Source: a virus
Length of the DNA: 64,000 nt
Reading direction: 5' to 3' (one strand)
UHGV virus genome: UHGV-0125199
Every line of letters begins with the position of its first letter. Position 1 is the stretch's first letter. The notes under the pieces were generated by a model. That model made no database searches. It was not told the origin of the DNA and was given only the letters and a program-made list of their open reading frames with translations. Position numbers and translations under genes: made by a program. Positions 21,241 to 31,241 of the stretch are shown piece by piece.

Positions 21241-22356
21241 TTAAGCAACAATACTTAACGCCTGTTCAGCAATCGATAAATCATCAATCAAAGTTGGATT
21301 TGTATATCCGTGTTCTTTTGAAAACTCAAGAAGAGGCTTGATTGCTTCCATATTTCCTTTGTTATCTTTAATAAAATCTTTAATCTGTTCGATTACAGAT
21401 TCGATTTTTTTCTCTTCCTTTTTCTCAGCCTCTTTTTTCGCAAGCTCTTTCAGCACTTCCGCTTCTTTTTCAGCCTGTTCTTTTTCGGACTGTTCAAATG
21501 TTTTCCCAGATTTAGCCTGCTCTGCTTTAATTGCATCTGTAATCGCCTGGATAAATTCATCTGTATCAAATGCAACCTCATCAACAATATCTGCAAAACG
21601 GGATCCGCTGTCTAACGCCATATTGTCATCTCTAAACTTGATTTTTCTATGCTGATCAACAATTTTATTTACAGTGATATCTTTTTTTGTTACAATGTTT
21701 TTCTTTCCGGTTTTTTCTGTAACAATTGTTCTGTCATAGTACCCAAGCCCAAGGAAATGCATTTTCTTTTTCAGTAGATTGAAATAAACCTTTTCAACAT
21801 CTGATGTTAATGTCTGATAAGTTGTTCCTGTTGCAATATCTGTTACTTCTTTGTTCTTTACATGTCCAATAACAATTGTTGCTACACCAACTTTTCTTAA
21901 ATCTTTAATGATATTGAACATAAGCTCAAATGCTTTTGCCTGACCTTTCTGGAATCCATTCCATGCTCCATCAATTGTATCTGCCTTTTTATCCATGTGG
22001 TCTTTGTTCCACAATCTAATCGCTTCCTGCTCTGCCAACTTAATCCAACCATCGTATGTATCCACCACAATTGCTCTTAAATCTGCATAATCTGTCGTTT
22101 TATTATCAATAATATCTTCTACGATATCTTCTACATCTGCCCATTCATCACAATCTTCATACACAATTCCTTCGATTGCATCTGCACCGGCTTCTCCATT
22201 CATCTCAAGAAAAATGTATCCTTCTTCTCCTGCTAACTTTTCACATACTTCTTTAATAAGTGTTGTCTTTCCAATTTTAGGTTCCCCTAATAAACAAATG
22301 TTATATTTAAGCGGATCAATTTTTACTTCATTTTTCTTTCCAAATCTTCTTGCCAT
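21241..22356 (-). CDS. AAA_24/Sak4-like phage ATPase
   Basis: 'ICLLGEPKIGKTTL' Walker A near the N-terminus and a KE-rich C-terminus, typical of phage RecA-like AAA_24. Confidence 0.6.
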   Translation of the reverse strand: MARRFGKKNEVKIDPLKYNICLLGEPKIGKTTLIKEVCEKLAGEEGYIFLEMNGEAGADAIEGIVYEDCDEWADVEDIVEDIIDNKTTDYADLRAIVVDTYDGWIKLAEQEAIRLWNKDHMDKKADTIDGAWNGFQKGQAKAFELMFNIIKDLRKVGVATIVIGHVKNKEVTDIATGTTYQTLTSDVEKVYFNLLKKKMHFLGLGYYDRTIVTEKTGKKNIVTKKDITVNKIVDQHRKIKFRDDNMALDSGSRFADIVDEVAFDTDEFIQAITDAIKAEQAKSGKTFEQSEKEQAEKEAEVLKELAKKEAEKKEEKKIESVIEQIKDFIKDNKGNMEAIKPLLEFSKEHGYTNPTLIDDLSIAEQALSIVA

Positions 22357-22488
22357 AAGTTGTTGTCCTCCAAAATTAAATGTATTGTGTTTTGTATTAT
22401 TTTCTGTCTATGCAGTTATGTACTGCATAGACTTGTTTGCAATTCATATTTATAGTTTCTTATTTGTGTTTATCTTAAGTTGTGTATT

Positions 22489-23676
22489 TTAACCAAGTGC
22501 ATCAAGCCAAGACATATCGTTTGGATTTGTTGCCTCCTCATTTGTCTCATCTTCTCCATGAGTATCTTCAACTGCATCTTCTGATTCTTCTTCATACATA
22601 AAATCAAGAGTTAAATCATCTTCATCATATTTCTGTTCAAACTTCTGAAGCACTGGTGTTTTTGTCCCGTCTTTCCCTTCAACATTTTTAATCAATGGTC
22701 TTCTAATAACCATTCTCTTTTCTTTTCCTGAATTCACTGTACATTTCTGAAGAGCTTCTTCCAATGTAAATACTCCAATCTCAATAAGGGCTTTAACATC
22801 GTCAGGGATATCATCTTCTGTTGCTGTTACAAGTGCGCCACCCTCAATCAGATCTCCTTCAAATGTAATCTCTGTAACTCCTCTTTTTACCTTGAAAAGT
22901 TTTTCAATTACTTTCTGTGAAATTTCTGGTTTAGTTAGGTCAAGTTCATACTCAAATGCTTTGTCATATGGGATATTGCATCTAACCTCTTTACCTTTGT
23001 ACTCTTTTACATAATCGAGAATCTTTGCATAGATAGGTAAAATTCCTGTTGATTTGTCCGACTTTCCAACGCTATCTCTTGTAAGTAACATTGTCTGTGT
23101 GAAGTTGGCATGATACTTACTTCTGTCATCTACTTTGGAAAGCACAAGACTAGAAATCTCTTTTCTTACTTTTACATTTCCTTCATATGAAGAATATTTA
23201 AGCTGTCCTTTTACATTAACAACCATTCCGTCCTCAAGGTTTTCATTGATATAAGCAATCATGTCGTATGGTGTTAAGAATTTCTTATAAAATACTTTTC
23301 CATTTTTGTCTTTTTCAAGACCAACAGTCATAAAGCATAAATCACCTACAGATTCCAGAATTTTTTCATCAAATCTATCATCCCAATCAATTGTGAATCT
23401 GTTTTCGAAATCGTCTTTTCCGTCTTCGTCTTTTCCATGCACATAAACAACATTGTCACGTTCTGCACCATATCCACCCATGAGTTCTGCATAAACTGTT
23501 CCACACACATCACCACAATCAACTCCAAGATTTAATGAGTTATAAACCCAATCAGATTTTTCGGAACGCTCGTCCAATTTGTATGTATAATCAGCACTAA
23601 TCTTTGCCTCTCCAACTAACACAAATGAATTTGCCCATCCTTTTTTCTCTAATACTGCCTTTTCTTTTCTTGCCAT
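22489..23676 (-). CDS. Putative ssDNA-binding/recombination-associated protein with acidic C-terminal tail
   Basis: 395 aa ending '...EESEDAVEDTHGEDETNEEATNPNDMSWLDALG'. Context beside AAA_24 ATPase. Function inferred. Confidence 0.3.
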   Translation of the reverse strand: MARKEKAVLEKKGWANSFVLVGEAKISADYTYKLDERSEKSDWVYNSLNLGVDCGDVCGTVYAELMGGYGAERDNVVYVHGKDEDGKDDFENRFTIDWDDRFDEKILESVGDLCFMTVGLEKDKNGKVFYKKFLTPYDMIAYINENLEDGMVVNVKGQLKYSSYEGNVKVRKEISSLVLSKVDDRSKYHANFTQTMLLTRDSVGKSDKSTGILPIYAKILDYVKEYKGKEVRCNIPYDKAFEYELDLTKPEISQKVIEKLFKVKRGVTEITFEGDLIEGGALVTATEDDIPDDVKALIEIGVFTLEEALQKCTVNSGKEKRMVIRRPLIKNVEGKDGTKTPVLQKFEQKYDEDDLTLDFMYEEESEDAVEDTHGEDETNEEATNPNDMSWLDALG

Positions 23677-23890
23677 AAATTCAATCTCCTTCTAAATGTA
23701 TATTTTTTATATGTGAACGACCGCGTAGCAGCCGGAACATAGAGTTACTAATATGTAAATTTCTATGTAAACCCCGAAAATGGGTGCATTTAAGAAACTG
23801 TCGCTCTTTCACGACAAATTTTTAAAATATTCAATTCTATAATTGTGATTTATAGAAACTATTGATTTGCAATTTTATATGTGAATTATC

Positions 23891-24160
23891 TTACTCAATT
23901 GATAATTCTCTTAGATCTGCAACTGTCAAATCAGTTACATAGAAGAATTCTGTGTGTGATCCAAAATCTATTTTTAATTTATCATTCTCAAGATATAATC
24001 GTTGGTAATATGTCTTGAATCCTCTGTCTTCTAATACTTTATGTATATCTCTCCAAAGCTCTTTTTTGTTCCTCGGATGAGATATGCCCTTGATCTCGTT
24101 TTTGTTTGTATGAAATTCCAGTTTCATTCGATTTTTACCCCCAACAAACGTAGCAACCAT
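23891..24160 (-). CDS. hypothetical protein
   Basis: 89-aa ORF. Confidence 0.3.
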   Translation of the reverse strand: MVATFVGGKNRMKLEFHTNKNEIKGISHPRNKKELWRDIHKVLEDRGFKTYYQRLYLENDKLKIDFGSHTEFFYVTDLTVADLRELSIE

Positions 24161-24220
24161 GCGGGTTCGTGAAATACAAATTTTTGAATTTTTAAATTGT
24201 TGTATCTCTTATTCGCCATT

Positions 24221-24556
24221 TTATTCTAATTCCCTCCTGTCAATTCTTTGTCCACATTTCGGACAAAAATCATATTCATCATAATCAATTTCATAATGTT
24301 CATTACAGTTTGGACAGATCCATGTATCCCATATAAATGTTCCATCTGGAGCATACCCGTCTCCCTCGATACTTGGTTTCTTCGCTGTATCACGGGATTC
24401 CAATTCATGTATATGTTCTGTTGTAGTCCCCGGCATGACTCTGACAAAACGGATAATGTCTAACAATGTTCCATAATTTTTAGGAACCTCATCATCATCT
24501 TTGAAGCCATACAAAAGATTCAATACATCTTCTTTTTTTATTAACTCATTTCCCAT
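24221..24556 (-). CDS. hypothetical Zn-ribbon protein
   Basis: 'CPNC...CPKCG' motif. Confidence 0.3.
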   Translation of the reverse strand: MGNELIKKEDVLNLLYGFKDDDEVPKNYGTLLDIIRFVRVMPGTTTEHIHELESRDTAKKPSIEGDGYAPDGTFIWDTWICPNCNEHYEIDYDEYDFCPKCGQRIDRRELE

Positions 24557-24612
24557 TTCTTATTCTCCACAATCAAATGCCCAATTCTGTTTTATATGTA
24601 AACCTGTCCATA

Positions 24613-24969
24613 TTACACATCCTGTCTTTCTGGTAGATTTGCAATCTGTCTTGCTAATTTTGCTTGTTCTCTCCAATCTGATTCGTAACAACATAATGCA
24701 TACAATCCTTTGCAATCATTGTCTTCATATTTATCAAGACACATAAAATATTCAACCTCACTTTTCCACTCAATAGGACAATAATCACAAATGTATTTTG
24801 TATTTTCACAACAAAAACAATTGTTTCTTATATAATATCCTTCTCTGTCACAATATTCTTCTTTTAAACCTTCGATATATTGATCTCTCTTTTCTTCTTC
24901 AATTCTATCTGCAATCCAATTCCACATTTTTCTATGCCATAAAATTGCTTCTTCTCTTGTTAATTTCAT
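24613..24969 (-). CDS. hypothetical Cys-rich protein
   Basis: 118 aa with many Cys. Confidence 0.3.
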   Translation of the reverse strand: MKLTREEAILWHRKMWNWIADRIEEEKRDQYIEGLKEEYCDREGYYIRNNCFCCENTKYICDYCPIEWKSEVEYFMCLDKYEDNDCKGLYALCCYESDWREQAKLARQIANLPERQDV

Positions 24970-25015
24970 ATTTCTTATTCTCCTTATGAAATAATGCTTC
25001 TTTCAATTTTTACTA

Positions 25016-25297
25016 TCAAAAAGCCAAGTAAATAAATGCAATCACATAATGTATAATTTGATCCTGAGTATAAGTTATTTTATTCCATCTTGCTTTTAAT
25101 GCATCTGTTACTACATGAACAATAAAAATGATTGGTAGCTGCCATGTAAATCCAAACACAATATAAAATGGGAAACAATACAGAAAGCAATGTACAAACA
25201 AGTGATACCAGTTCTGACCTTTCGTCTTTGCAATAAAGTCACATTGTAAAACGTAATCACCAATCAAATGACACATGATAATATTTAATATCGTCAT
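25016..25297 (-). CDS. small membrane protein
   Basis: 93 aa, hydrophobic helices. Confidence 0.3.
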   Translation of the reverse strand: MTILNIIMCHLIGDYVLQCDFIAKTKGQNWYHLFVHCFLYCFPFYIVFGFTWQLPIIFIVHVVTDALKARWNKITYTQDQIIHYVIAFIYLAF

Positions 25298-25312
25298 ATT
25301 TCTTATTCTCCT

Positions 25313-26221
25313 CTAATCTAATAATTCATCAAGAAATCTTGCAAGTTTATAAACATCAAATTTTGATCCTGCTGCTTTTGGATGACCACCTCCTCCATAT
25401 TTCTTTGCAATCATACCCATGTCAACATCATCTTTGATAGTTCTATAAGAAACTGAACGTGTACTCATATTTACAATTGCAATATAATCAAGTTCTCTAT
25501 TCAATTTACATAATTCATTACCTAATTCACTGATATATTTATCTGCAAAAACAACACCATACATATATTCTCCATTGCACTTAACAATAATTGTCTTATC
25601 TTTTTCTTTGATATATTTTTCAATTTCATTCCTATTAAATGACAACATCAAACTTGACTCTTGGTCAAAATGAGGAAATTTGCCAGATTCAATACTTCTA
25701 ATACACCACGTTTCAAATCTTTCTCTTCCATATAAATACATCAAGTCGTTTACATCTTTTGAAACTTGTCCTTCTTTACCAAGTGTTGACCATCTCCATG
25801 AGTCGTAATCTGTTACAATTCTTACAAAATCACTTACATCCACATCTAAATATTTATGGTCAATCAGATATTTACTAAATAATTCTGTACCGCTTGTCAT
25901 AAGACCTGTATCATTATTCTCTGTTTCAACAGTACACCAATCATATTTATTGAGTTCTAATGCTGTTTTGTGATGATCAAATAATTTAAAATTATTTTTA
26001 TAATCATTATCAATCACAGAAGCCAAATCATCCTTAATACTAATGTCTGTTATAAAACATGTATCATGACTTTTATCCATTTTAGTGATATATTCTCTTA
26101 CAAGTGTATCTACTTCATCATAGTTACAATATGTAATGTCTACATTTTCACTAAATGTCAATCGTGCCAGAACCGCACAACTAACGCCATCCAAATCCAG
26201 GTGTGTGAATAATTTAATCAA
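25313..26221 (-). CDS. DHH/DHHA1 phosphoesterase (NrnA-like nanoRNase / pAp phosphatase family)
   Basis: 'HLDLDGVSCAVL' (DxD), 'FDHHK' (DHH) and 'GGGHPKAAG' (DHHA1 GGGH). Confidence 0.8.
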   Translation of the reverse strand: MIKLFTHLDLDGVSCAVLARLTFSENVDITYCNYDEVDTLVREYITKMDKSHDTCFITDISIKDDLASVIDNDYKNNFKLFDHHKTALELNKYDWCTVETENNDTGLMTSGTELFSKYLIDHKYLDVDVSDFVRIVTDYDSWRWSTLGKEGQVSKDVNDLMYLYGRERFETWCIRSIESGKFPHFDQESSLMLSFNRNEIEKYIKEKDKTIIVKCNGEYMYGVVFADKYISELGNELCKLNRELDYIAIVNMSTRSVSYRTIKDDVDMGMIAKKYGGGGHPKAAGSKFDVYKLARFLDELLD

Positions 26222-27613
26222 TTACATTCTCCTTTCAATTGCTACTTCTAATAATTTTTCTTTTTTATTAGGGCATTCTTCATCAATTACTAATCGTAAT
26301 AATTCATTTAGTGTATTGCCTAATTCTTTGTTTTCTTTATAACCAATACTCATTAAATCGTTGCCATTGACAGCTAAATCTTTAAGTGTAAAACATGTTT
26401 CTTCTCGTAGAACTTCTTCAAGAATTTGTTTAATATTATTAACTTTGTTAATCCTATACTGCTCATAAGATTCTTTCTGCCCTAAAATATCTGCTTTCCT
26501 AACTTCCAATAGTCTTCTAAACTGTTCTACTCCAATCTTATTGATCCATCTTCTCACATATTTTTTACCAACCTCAAAGGTTGCATCATGGTAATACACC
26601 AATTCAACCACATTATTTCTTGTCTCATTGTCAAATTTGAGACGTTTCATAATATTGTCTGTAATGTCTGCACTAACTTTTCCATGTCCTTTAAAGTGTC
26701 TAATACCGTCTTCGCCATCTTGAAATGAATGAGGTTTTCCAATATCATGAAAGAAAACCGCCAATCTAACAGCCAAATTATCGGATTTACAATGTTCAAT
26801 TGAATGTACTGTATGACTGTAAACATCATAATCGTGATATGGGTTATTCTGTTGGAATTCAAACATATCTTTTAATTCCGGTATAAACAATGCAAACACA
26901 TCTTTATATAAAACCATTTCTACACAGAAATCTCTTGATGCGGCGATTTTGCAAAACTCACTATTTATTCTCTCAATCGAAATATTCTTCAAATTTTTGT
27001 ATTGTTTATTGATTTCATAACTTGTTTCCGGGGTCATCACAAATTCAAGTTGAGAAGCAAAACGAATTGCTCTCAAGATCCTTAAAGCATCTTCTCCAAA
27101 TCTATCTTTTGCAGAACCTACACATTGAATTTTTTTATATTCAATATCTTCTAATCCCCCAAATGGATCAATTAATCCTTCGTCATCATTATATGCCATA
27201 GCATTTATCGTGAAATCCCGTCTCTTTAAATCTTCAACTAAATTACTTGTAAAAGTTACTGAGTCAGGTCTACGACTGTCAGAATAGTTTCCATCAATAC
27301 GAAATGTTGTTAATTCATATGGCTCTCCATTAACCACAACAGTTATAGTTCCATGTTGTAAGCCAGTTTCAATTACTTTTTTATCTTTGAAAATCTCTAA
27401 CATTTCGCTTGGTGTTGCAGATGTACAAATATCCCAATCGTGAATTGATCTACCTATAATACTATCTCTTACACAGCCACCTACTACATAAGCGGAATGT
27501 CCGTGATTTTGAAGTGTATTAATCAACTCATTTGCGTTAGACGGGATGTTTATTTTCAATGGAATATTACATTCTTTACAGAAACGACCTTTCAGTTTTC
27601 CAGAAATTTCCAT
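26222..27613 (-). CDS. cca: tRNA nucleotidyltransferase (CCA-adding enzyme) with HD domain
   Basis: 'VGGCVRDSIIGRSIHDWDI' Pol-beta NTase head and 'FFHDIGKP' HD motif. Confidence 0.85.
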   Translation of the reverse strand: MEISGKLKGRFCKECNIPLKINIPSNANELINTLQNHGHSAYVVGGCVRDSIIGRSIHDWDICTSATPSEMLEIFKDKKVIETGLQHGTITVVVNGEPYELTTFRIDGNYSDSRRPDSVTFTSNLVEDLKRRDFTINAMAYNDDEGLIDPFGGLEDIEYKKIQCVGSAKDRFGEDALRILRAIRFASQLEFVMTPETSYEINKQYKNLKNISIERINSEFCKIAASRDFCVEMVLYKDVFALFIPELKDMFEFQQNNPYHDYDVYSHTVHSIEHCKSDNLAVRLAVFFHDIGKPHSFQDGEDGIRHFKGHGKVSADITDNIMKRLKFDNETRNNVVELVYYHDATFEVGKKYVRRWINKIGVEQFRRLLEVRKADILGQKESYEQYRINKVNNIKQILEEVLREETCFTLKDLAVNGNDLMSIGYKENKELGNTLNELLRLVIDEECPNKKEKLLEVAIERRM

Positions 27614-28641
27614 TAAATATCTCCTTTCACAATTCTTTCATTTACATACATTTTAAACTCTTCAATTCTCTTGTAATCCGGCACATCTGGCAGTGAAGTA
27701 TTCTCTTTAGCATAATCGAATCGTTTTTCGTATTCATTTAACAAGTCATAAAATTCAGAAGTTGGTTGCCTGTTACTATCTAAATATTCTCCGTTTCGTA
27801 TGCTCATAAGTAAATCATGTTCGTTTTCTCGATAAGTAATAATTTCTTCTTTTTCAAGAATATCAATGCACATCATATATAATCTAATCAAATGAGCCAT
27901 ATGCTTTCCAAGTTTGTCCTTGTTCATTGCTTTTTCGTTTCGTCTACCGATTTTGTTATAGCTGCTTACAATTGCTTTCATTTCATTCCACATACCAGTC
28001 CAATCTCTTAGTGGATAATGCTTTAAATCAATGTCCATAAAAATTTCAGTATCATAGCCTTCCTGTACTGCTTTATCTGTATAAAGATTGAGCGATCCAT
28101 CATTCATTGGGAAGTAACGGTTTTTAAAATCATAGCTTGCATTATTGATTGATTTTAAAATGTACTCTTCGTTTTGTGCCTGTCCAACTAATCTAGCAGC
28201 TTTGTTCTCCATACGCCTTAATTGACTTGAAGCGTATCCGGCAAAAGAATTAATACAAATCTTGGATAAGAACATTTTTCTATTATTCAATAATTCTCTT
28301 CCAACATCAGACAAATATAAATAATGTTCAGGTTTACATCCTAAAATTTCAATAGTGTTAGGATTATTTGATTTTAGTAATTGTAAAATTTTATTGAATG
28401 AATAAACTGTCGTATCTGTATTTGTTTCCACAACCTGTTCAAAGTCCTTTCCAAGAAGGATTTCTTTTTTACTGTTTAACGCAATTCCTCTTACGTCTAA
28501 ATCACTATCCTCTTTATCCATTCCATATGCGTGACTACCTCCTAATGTAAGTAAAATAGTATTGCTACCCAAGTGTTTATTCTCTTTTAAAAAATCATAT
28601 TCTTTTTGTTTTACTGCTTCTTTAATTTCCCATAGATTCAT
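27613..28641 (-). CDS. Predicted nucleotidyltransferase (Pol-beta superfamily)
   Basis: 'LTLGGSHAYGMDKEDSDLDVRGI' matches the GS..YG...SDxD NTase motif. Confidence 0.5.
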   Translation of the reverse strand: MNLWEIKEAVKQKEYDFLKENKHLGSNTILLTLGGSHAYGMDKEDSDLDVRGIALNSKKEILLGKDFEQVVETNTDTTVYSFNKILQLLKSNNPNTIEILGCKPEHYLYLSDVGRELLNNRKMFLSKICINSFAGYASSQLRRMENKAARLVGQAQNEEYILKSINNASYDFKNRYFPMNDGSLNLYTDKAVQEGYDTEIFMDIDLKHYPLRDWTGMWNEMKAIVSSYNKIGRRNEKAMNKDKLGKHMAHLIRLYMMCIDILEKEEIITYRENEHDLLMSIRNGEYLDSNRQPTSEFYDLLNEYEKRFDYAKENTSLPDVPDYKRIEEFKMYVNERIVKGDI

Positions 28642-28711
28642 ATTAAACCTCTTTTATAATAAAACTAAATTTTCAAATCTTCTGAATTTATTTCTATCTT
28701 TCCACCAGATT

Positions 28712-29032
28712 TTAAATCAACAAGATAACATTTTTTACGGAGAGATTTCCAAAACATTTAATTTTAATAATCTCATCTTGTCCATCGATTTTTTCTAAAT
28801 CATATATACAAAAATAGTCTGGGATTTTTAATTGATACTCTTTCCCATTAATATACACGTAATATTCACCATCACTATATGATCTACATGTTATTTCTCC
28901 ATCTGAATGTTCTAAAATTCTTTCGATACGATTATACTTTTCTTCTAGCTCCTTATACTTTTTTTCTAGCTCCTCAAATCTATCCTTGCTAACCCACACT
29001 TCTTTTAACACCTCTTTCATTTTTATTCCCAT
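28712..29032 (-). CDS. hypothetical protein
   Basis: ORF in chain. Confidence 0.3.
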   Translation of the reverse strand: MGIKMKEVLKEVWVSKDRFEELEKKYKELEEKYNRIERILEHSDGEITCRSYSDGEYYVYINGKEYQLKIPDYFCIYDLEKIDGQDEIIKIKCFGNLSVKNVILLI

Positions 29033-29232
29033 CTAAATCCAACAGAATATCCAATAATCTGAAATGCTTTGATTACTACAAATGTCACAACTGTTAATTC
29101 CAAGTTAAAGTCAATAGGCAAAATCAACGTTAATAATTTCATCGCTCCACATACAAGCAAACACTGAATGGAATACAGAATGTTGAAAAATATAAGCGCT
29201 GAGAATCCTGTAATTTTAAAGTTCTTTTTCAT
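29023..29232 (-). CDS. small membrane protein
   Basis: 69 aa, hydrophobic. Confidence 0.25.
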   Translation of the reverse strand: MKKNFKITGFSALIFFNILYSIQCLLVCGAMKLLTLILPIDFNLELTVVTFVVIKAFQIIGYSVGFRWE

Positions 29233-29245
29233 ATCATTCTCCGTT

Positions 29246-29707
29246 TTAAATCTTTACACAACTGCAGCTTTTTAAATTAATTACATATTTATTGACATTC
29301 TTCTCTCTATACTTATCCATGTAGGTTTCTTTCAACTTAATAATATCTTCGTCATCTTTATCCTGCTCTGCTTCAAAAACAGCTCCTGGATCATTATCTT
29401 TTCCACCCAAAAGAACGCCTTTTACTTTATATTCTCTACCATTCTTATAGATATAAAAACAATCATGAACGCATTTTCTTCCTTTGTCAGTATCTACAAA
29501 ATGATCTCCTTTTGGATTAACAACAACTATACCTTTTTCGTTTCCATATTTAAAATGTCTGTTAATTTCATCAAACTGCTCTTTTAAATCTTCGTAAAGA
29601 TGAGTATAGTACCAAATATCACTATAAATTTCTCTAACTAATTTATTTGTATCTTCTACTGTTTGAAGTAATGCATCATATTCCATCTTGCTAACCCACA
29701 TAATCAA
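29246..29707 (-). CDS. hypothetical protein
   Basis: ORF in chain. Confidence 0.3.
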   Translation of the reverse strand: MIMWVSKMEYDALLQTVEDTNKLVREIYSDIWYYTHLYEDLKEQFDEINRHFKYGNEKGIVVVNPKGDHFVDTDKGRKCVHDCFYIYKNGREYKVKGVLLGGKDNDPGAVFEAEQDKDDEDIIKLKETYMDKYREKNVNKYVINLKSCSCVKI

Positions 29708-30213
29708 TCCTCAACTTCAAAATAATATTTCTTTAAGCGTTCCTTCCCAATAGAGTTAACCGCTTGTGCCCCGATCTTTTTGGATGAAAAATAAATATCA
29801 TTCCTCTTGTGACAATATGCATCTGTAAAATATACGTCTCCATCCATATAAGAATAGTACATACACCATTTTTCTTGATTCTTATCTGCCCAATCAATTT
29901 CGTATTCATTATTCTCTTCTGCGAATCGTCGTAATTCTGTTTCTACTTTTGCTTTTTCTAGGGTAAACTTTGCTTCTTCTTCAGTTTTAAAGCAATTACC
30001 AATTCCATAACAACCATTATCTATATGATCATTTTCCCATATACTGTTCCTGACAGCACCGTACTCAGATATACAGAAATAAATTTCATTATATTCTGGT
30101 TTCAAAATCTTTCTTTTAGATCCATTGGATTTCTTAATCAACTTCATCAATTGTTCTCTTTCTTCCTCTGAAAGATTCTCCATATTTACTGTAATATTAT
30201 TCTCCATAAACAC
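29704..30213 (-). CDS. hypothetical protein
   Basis: ORF with overlapping start/stop. Confidence 0.3.
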   Translation of the reverse strand: MFMENNITVNMENLSEEEREQLMKLIKKSNGSKRKILKPEYNEIYFCISEYGAVRNSIWENDHIDNGCYGIGNCFKTEEEAKFTLEKAKVETELRRFAEENNEYEIDWADKNQEKWCMYYSYMDGDVYFTDAYCHKRNDIYFSSKKIGAQAVNSIGKERLKKYYFEVED

Positions 30214-30750
30214 CTACTCCTCTTCGTTTAAATCAATTTTTACATTCTTCCATTTCTTGTAAGCATCCAAATATAATTCATTTTTATCACCATTATATGT
30301 AAGCTCGTAATACATTCCATCAGAAATATTTGTACTTAATAATGCTTTATGATTCTGTAGCGTTTTGCAATACCACACAAGATAGACATCTTCCTGTGTA
30401 ATAAGTACGTTGTCTGTTTTGTCTGAATGCTCATTGAAATACTTCACCACGTTTTCTTTGCATAATCCAATAAATTTTTCACTACTCATAATCTTATTCT
30501 CCTTTTTCTTTTCTAGCTTTTTTACAATTTCTCTTGTATCTTCTAATAATTTTTTTAATTCTAAATATGATTCACTCGGTTTGCATTCCTCATCATGATC
30601 TCTTGTAAACGATACACATTTGCCATTAGTCTTATCTTCTACAATTAAGAATTCACCTTTATTTTTAATAGCTTCAAACTGTTCATGCCAAACTCTTACA
30701 TGTCTTACATTACTAAAATCTAACCCTGATGGTACTGACATATTATTCAC
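30214..30750 (-). CDS. hypothetical protein
   Basis: ORF in chain. Confidence 0.3.
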   Translation of the reverse strand: MNNMSVPSGLDFSNVRHVRVWHEQFEAIKNKGEFLIVEDKTNGKCVSFTRDHDEECKPSESYLELKKLLEDTREIVKKLEKKKENKIMSSEKFIGLCKENVVKYFNEHSDKTDNVLITQEDVYLVWYCKTLQNHKALLSTNISDGMYYELTYNGDKNELYLDAYKKWKNVKIDLNEEE

Positions 30751-30773
30751 CTCCTACGAAACGAAAGTTTCAT

Positions 30774-31163
30774 TTAAAAAATCTTTTGATCCTGCTCCCT
30801 TAAATACTCAACAAACTCATCTAATGGCAATTTCTTTTTTGCATCTTCAAATGTAAAGACTTTATTCCTTTTACTAAAAAGAGTGTGTATATATGCATTT
30901 TGTATTTTTTTACTTTTTATCTTAACGACAAACTCGTCCCAAAAACTAAATACTTCTTCCTTTTTTATAAGAGATTTTTTTATTTTTGACCAAGGTATAA
31001 TTTCATCAATTATCATTTTTCTAATAGAATCAACATCAACAACCTCTTTCGTATCGTACATATCACCTTTGTCCTCTATGTATCTCAAATCACCATCAGA
31101 TATGTAAACAAACATTTCTTCATTTATTACCAATCTTTTACTCACTTCATAAATAGATTTCAA
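30774..31163 (-). CDS. hypothetical protein
   Basis: ORF in chain. Confidence 0.3.
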   Translation of the reverse strand: MKSIYEVSKRLVINEEMFVYISDGDLRYIEDKGDMYDTKEVVDVDSIRKMIIDEIIPWSKIKKSLIKKEEVFSFWDEFVVKIKSKKIQNAYIHTLFSKRNKVFTFEDAKKKLPLDEFVEYLREQDQKIF

Positions 31164-31241
31164 ATCTCATTCTCCTTTTACTTGCCATTTTGGAATACTG
31201 CATATAGCTGTGACACCATATGCAGCTAATATATTATTCTC

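Noticed and set aside
23677-23890. GC-rich segment 'gaccgcgtagcagccgg' in the 214-bp intergenic region as a terminator or origin
   Set aside because: No clean stem-loop plus U-tract in either orientation; left as an unannotated probable promoter region for the replication module.
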